Shown here: in pieces, positions 59,880 to 64,000 of the stretch
Layout of the letters: the number at the start of each line of letters is the position of its first letter
Position numbering within the stretch: the first letter of the stretch is position 1
DNA from: an uncultured Verrucomicrobiae bacterium
GTDB taxonomy: Bacteria > Verrucomicrobiota > Verrucomicrobiia > Chthoniobacterales > JAFAMB01
NCBI GenBank assembly: GCA_963762565.1
Contig: CAVXLD010000001.1
Location: 704,001-768,000 of the forward strand
DNA length: 64,000 bases
Reading direction: 5' to 3'
Made by a program: the position numbers and the translations under genes
Notes under the pieces: generated by a model
What the model was told of the DNA's origin: nothing
What the model saw: only the letters and a program-made list of their open reading frames with translations
Databases searched by the model: none

Positions 59880-61583
59880 TCATCCCCCGGCGTCGAGACA
59901 AGACCGGATCTTTTGCAGTAGCTTTTCAGGCGCAAATGGTTTCTCTATGAAATTGGAAGCCTTTCGCAACAGCGCGTCGTTGCCCAAAACATCGTCGGGA
60001 TAGCCGCTACAAAAGATCACTCTTAAACCAGGTTTTTCGGACCGCATTTGATCGAACAAAGCACGTCCATTGACACCGCCAGGCATAACTAAATCAGTGA
60101 CGATCAGCTGAATCGATTCATGATGTTCCCGCCAAATTTCCAGAGCGGCTGCGCCCGACACAGCGGCATGGACGTGATAACCGTAATGAGCCAAAATACT
60201 CCCTATCGATCGGCGCACGGCTTCTTCGTCTTCAACTAACAAGATCGTTTCGGTGCCACGGAGAATAGACAGGTTTTGGACACGCCGAGCCGAAGAAGCG
60301 AGCTTATTTCTGGTCAATGTAGGCAGATACAAATGAAATGTCGTGCCTGCACCCAGGCGGCTATCCACTTCAACCCAACCTCGATGTTGTTCAACGATAT
60401 GCAGAACGCTAGCCAGGCCTAATCCGGTGCCTTTGCCAGGCTCTTTAGTAGTAAAAAATGGCTCAAAAATACGCGGTAAATTTTCAGCGGCGATCCCAGC
60501 TCCTGTATCGGATACGCTGAGACGCGCGTATTGACCGGGCCGGCCATTGCCTGAAAGCAAAACCTCCGGCTTATCAACCTGAACTCTGGAGGTCTCGATC
60601 GCGAGCCGGCCGCCATTGAGCATGGCGTCTCGGGCATTGACCGCGAGGTTGATCAGAGCCTGTTCTAACATACTGGCATCAGCGTCGACGGGAACGACCT
60701 CGTGCGGGTACCGGGTTTTCAAGACGATGTGTTCGCCGATGAGTCGTCTCAGCATTTGCACGACTGATGCGACAACTTCGTTGAGATCGAGCGGTTCGGT
60801 CTGTGTCAATCGGCGCCGACCGAAGGCCAGCAAGTGTTGAGTCAGGCTAGTAGCTCGGTCAGCAGCATCAGAAATTTCGTTGGTTATCGTTTTCCGCTCG
60901 GATTCCGAGAGTTTCTTGGTCTGTAGGAGCGATACGTTCCCTTTGATTGCAGTCAGAACATTGTTGAAGTCATGAGCAATGCCACCGGTCAATTGCCCGA
61001 AAGCTTCCATCTTTTGCGCTTGGCGGAGCCGTTCTTCGAGTTGCGCTTTTTCAATGGCAATGCCCGCAAGGTGGGTTGTACCTTTCACTAACCGCAGTTC
61101 AGCCCGGCTCGGGGAACGCACTTCCCGATAATACATAGCAAATGTGCCTAGCACCTTGCCCCGGCGAGAAAAGATCGGCGTGGACCAGCATGCCCTGAAC
61201 CCATAAGGCTCAACTAAGTACCGATAGTCAGCCCACAGTGGGTCGGTCTGGATATCGGCAACAATCACCTGCTTCTTCCGGTAAGCAGCGGTACCACAGG
61301 ACCCAGCTTTCGGGCCAATAGGGCTGCCATCGATCGCTCTCATATACTCCGTGGGCAAGCTCGGCCCAGCCAAATGGCGCAATCGCTTACCTTCCGGATC
61401 CAGAAGTAAAATAGAGGCCAGCAAGCCTTTGGACCGGAATTCGTTAAGCCGCATCAGCCGGTCCAGCACGTCTGAAAGCGGTGCGCCCAGGGCCATCATC
61501 TCCAGAATAGCATTTTCCCCGGTACGCAAACCTTTTGCGTCCTGGCGGACACGGGAACTAACTGGTCGTGACGTGCTTTTCAC
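59880..61583 (-). CDS. Hybrid histidine kinase (GAF-HisKA-HATPase-REC), cytoplasmic
   Basis: GSCGTAAY GAF, QAQKMEAFGQLTGGIAHDFNN, NARDAM, FFTTKEPGKGTGLGL, ILLVEDE...TDLVMPG. Confidence 0.94.
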   Translation of the reverse strand: MKSTSRPVSSRVRQDAKGLRTGENAILEMMALGAPLSDVLDRLMRLNEFRSKGLLASILLLDPEGKRLRHLAGPSLPTEYMRAIDGSPIGPKAGSCGTAAYRKKQVIVADIQTDPLWADYRYLVEPYGFRACWSTPIFSRRGKVLGTFAMYYREVRSPSRAELRLVKGTTHLAGIAIEKAQLEERLRQAQKMEAFGQLTGGIAHDFNNVLTAIKGNVSLLQTKKLSESERKTITNEISDAADRATSLTQHLLAFGRRRLTQTEPLDLNEVVASVVQMLRRLIGEHIVLKTRYPHEVVPVDADASMLEQALINLAVNARDAMLNGGRLAIETSRVQVDKPEVLLSGNGRPGQYARLSVSDTGAGIAAENLPRIFEPFFTTKEPGKGTGLGLASVLHIVEQHRGWVEVDSRLGAGTTFHLYLPTLTRNKLASSARRVQNLSILRGTETILLVEDEEAVRRSIGSILAHYGYHVHAAVSGAAALEIWREHHESIQLIVTDLVMPGGVNGRALFDQMRSEKPGLRVIFCSGYPDDVLGNDALLRKASNFIEKPFAPEKLLQKIRSCLDAGG

Positions 61584-61909
61584 TGGCAGAATGCGACCCC
61601 AATAACTAACCCTATGAGAAACTTGGCTCTTTAGCCAGCTGCTTTCCGAACGGGCTCACACCGCTTCTTCTAGCCTAAGGCCTGTTTATCCGGTATTCAG
61701 CAGGCGGCGTTAATGAATTTAAGCTCTTTTCTTCAGCGATTACCGGCCGCACGCATTCTCCGCAAGACCAAGATGGCTCAGTAGCAGGTGGGTGCAAAGG
61801 ATCGGTTTAGACAATTGATTCGGCCCTACGGCAGGGTGCTCGACTTCCGGTTAAATACAGAAGCGGCACCGTCTTTGCGTCATTCCAACTAAAAGGAGAG
61901 GTAGAAACG

Positions 61910-62095
61910 TTGCAGTTTTGGATTCATGAGTATCAACTGGTTGAGACTAAGAAGGGTGAAACCTTTATCGTCGTAAACGGCAAAGATATCGAGACGTCCC
62001 GGGAATGGTTAACCAAGTTAATTGGCGATCAGCTTGGCCGGCAGAAGGTCCTAATCCCCGAACAATTTAGCTGGCTGAGTCGATTGCTTCGATGA
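61910..62095 (+). CDS. Small hypothetical protein (61 aa)
   Basis: AGGAGAGG RBS before TTG; plausible composition. Confidence 0.45.
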   Translation: MQFWIHEYQLVETKKGETFIVVNGKDIETSREWLTKLIGDQLGRQKVLIPEQFSWLSRLLR

Positions 62096-62341
62096 GGAGC
62101 TAGGAGCTAGAATCCAGGAGTCAGGAGGATTCTTGGGACTGCCGCACGCTGAGACAAAAGTATGCCAGGGCCATGAGACGTGATTGGTGATTTGTGATTA
62201 GTGATTGGTGCGAGACACCGATCCTGGCGGAGGCCCCGCCAATCACCAATCACCTTTCACCAATCACCAATCACCTTTCACGCTCCCCGGACTAACCACG
62301 CCTCCACACATGCCACACCCCACGCCCTCCTGGCTCCTAGC
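62095..62341. repeat. Nested palindrome: AGGAGCT outer arms, GTGATTG 7-mer inner arms
   Basis: AGGAGCTAGGAGCTAGAATCCAGGAG / CTCCTGGCTCCTAGC; GTGATTGGTGATTTGTGATTAGTGATTGG / CCAATCACCAATCACC...CCAATCACCAATCACC. Confidence 0.85.
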
Positions 62342-62386
62342 GCCTGTTCCTTGACACCTTATCCGGCCTGCGGACTATAAGCCAAC

Positions 62387-63124
62387 ATGACGGCTAGCAT
62401 CGCTGCTCCGATCGGAGCCGACTTGGGTTTGGACCAGCCAGTAGCTAGAAATCGAGCGCGCGTCAGACGGACTAGTGCGACGAAGCAAAAGCGAGCGAAA
62501 ACGGGATCAAGAAGCGGCACCCGAGAACGGGCTACTCCCCGCACGTCCGAAATTCTTCGCCGATTATTAGAGGACGACTCACGCGGCTCGCTTACGATCG
62601 AAGAAATAGTCCCCGGTTGTCGTTCGGCAACCCAAAACTAGCTCTTTCGCGGTTTGTTGATGGCCCCGGCAATCCCGCATTCGGCGGCCAACCTCTTTAG
62701 TGAACGGGGACCACGGTCGCTACCGGCCTCTTTGATGATATTTACCATTCCGGGGGGGGTACCCATTCCGCTCCCCGTACTTTCCACAGCGGTGGTCATT
62801 CCTACCGAGATCATTTCCTACCAAATGTTTCAGGGTAAGGAAGAAATCAGTTTACCGAGGTGTATACTGGATCGGTCAGTCCCGCGATCAGCATTTAGCG
62901 CTTGCGTAACCACGATTCTGCCTTTCTTGGAAAAGGCGGAAGGAAAAGTCCGGCCGCGCTGGCGCTGGGCGTCCAGTCGAGCCGCGACAATCTACTTTCA
63001 TACGGCGGCCTTGTTTTCCGTCGCGATGACAACTCTCGGCACCATCTTCTGCTATTCGCGCGCATCCAGCCTCTTAAAAGAATCGACCCCGGAATCCGAT
63101 GTCATTCCGGAGCCGACGAATTGA
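62387..63124 (+). pseudogene. ExoD-family membrane protein, disrupted
   Basis: TSEILRRL...LTIEEIV then stop; resumes GPRSLPASLMIFTIP...PIPLPVLST...LPRCILDRSV...VRPRW; C-terminal TMs appear shortened. Confidence 0.6.
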
Positions 63125-63225
63125 AAAGCACAGACGCCCTCGCAAGCGAGGCAGCGCTCCAAGATTCCCGAAACATCCACAGACCCGCTGGCAATCTGCG
63201 GATGTCTACCAAGCGGAGTTTGGGT

Positions 63226-63414
63226 TTAGCTCTGACCGCCGCCCTGGTCACCGGTGTTGAACGCTTGGGCATGCCCCTCTTTTACGACATACACTCGTTC
63301 CACGGTGCCGCCGAAGGTGCCGACGGGGATTCGGATCAGTTTGAAGCCCTCGATTTCATGGTTCGAGTCAATTGCGGTTGAGTACCTACCTAGATCGATT
63401 AGTTCTTGGTTCAT
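63226..63414 (-). CDS. Small hypothetical protein (62 aa) divergent from the LysR gene
   Basis: ATG at 63414 after an A-rich leader; divergent position; no recognisable motif. Confidence 0.35.
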   Translation of the reverse strand: MNQELIDLGRYSTAIDSNHEIEGFKLIRIPVGTFGGTVERVYVVKEGHAQAFNTGDQGGGQS

Positions 63415-63497
63415 ATTGTTGGGTTTTTGCGAGTGCCGTACGTGACGACTCTCTGGAGTTGAGATTTTTGAGACTCGACTCAATAACCGCTCATTTG

Positions 63498-63545
63498 ATA
63501 GGAGGGAAATATATGTTTACTATCCTTAGGATAGGAACTGCCTAT
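63498..63545. promoter_or_regulatory. OxyR-type operator
   Basis: ATAG-N7-ATAT-N7-CTAT-N7-ATAG-N7-CTAT overlapping the LysR start codon. Confidence 0.75.
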
Positions 63546-64000
63546 GGAGATGCACCAGCTACGTTATTTTGTGGCCGTGGCTCGTTCCGGTAATTTCAGC
63601 CGAGCGGCCGGCGAATGCAGAGTCGCCCAACCATCGCTTAGCCAACAGATCCTCAAGCTCGAAGATGAGGTGGGGGAACGGCTTTTTGAGCGAACCCGCC
63701 GCCGCGCAATCCTCACAACAGCCGGGACGCTCTTTTTGCCGCATGCGCTGAATATTCTGGAAGCAGCGGAAAGAGGGCGGCAAGAGATCCAGGACATGGG
63801 CGGTCACCTTCGAGGCAAGATCCTGCTCGGGGCGCTTCCGACAATTGCTCCTTATTTTCTGCCCAAAATCATTCGTCTCTTTGGGGAGAAACATCCAGGA
63901 GCCGAGTTAATCCTTCATGAACAGACCACCGGACAGCTGGTGCGCAATCTGGAAGAGAACGAAATCGATCTCGCCCTGATCAGTGATGTGGCCAACAACG
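63544..64000 (+). CDS. LysR-family regulator, OxyR-like (3' end outside window)
   Basis: MEMHQLRYFVAVA..GNFSRAA..C.VAQPSLSQQILKLE; GALPTIAPYFLP. Confidence 0.9.
   Translation, partial: MEMHQLRYFVAVARSGNFSRAAGECRVAQPSLSQQILKLEDEVGERLFERTRRRAILTTAGTLFLPHALNILEAAERGRQEIQDMGGHLRGKILLGALPTIAPYFLPKIIRLFGEKHPGAELILHEQTTGQLVRNLEENEIDLALISDVANN

Overview
About 64 kb of bacterial chromosome. The gene style (alpha2-type GlyRS, Pro/Thr-linker OmpA proteins, a TPR-type C-terminal remnant) suggests a soil Verrucomicrobiota/Chthoniobacterales-like organism; this is inference only. Housekeeping and metabolic genes: lysC, glyQS, iscA-hscB-hscA, a phoB-phoR-like pair, tRNA-His, a GH39 xylosidase, tryptophanase, mdtABC plus an outer-membrane factor, KirBac and others. 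Accessory features: an intact IS630 abutting a 296-bp MITE; a receptor-fused CheA-like kinase with cheY and cheX but no MCP or CheW; an uncharacterised putative DNA-binding protein + AAA+ ATPase pair, each gene with a 1-bp homopolymer frameshift; a MocR/TonB-receptor island with conserved operator-like boxes; a vapBC-type module; an OxyR-like gene with a phased ATAG/CTAT operator; and several gene fragments. The most striking pattern is non-coding. About 20 intergenic gaps hold modular, often nested palindromes whose arms are inverted 6-10-bp tandem repeats around REP-like pairs. All calls come from reading motifs by eye; no database search was run.
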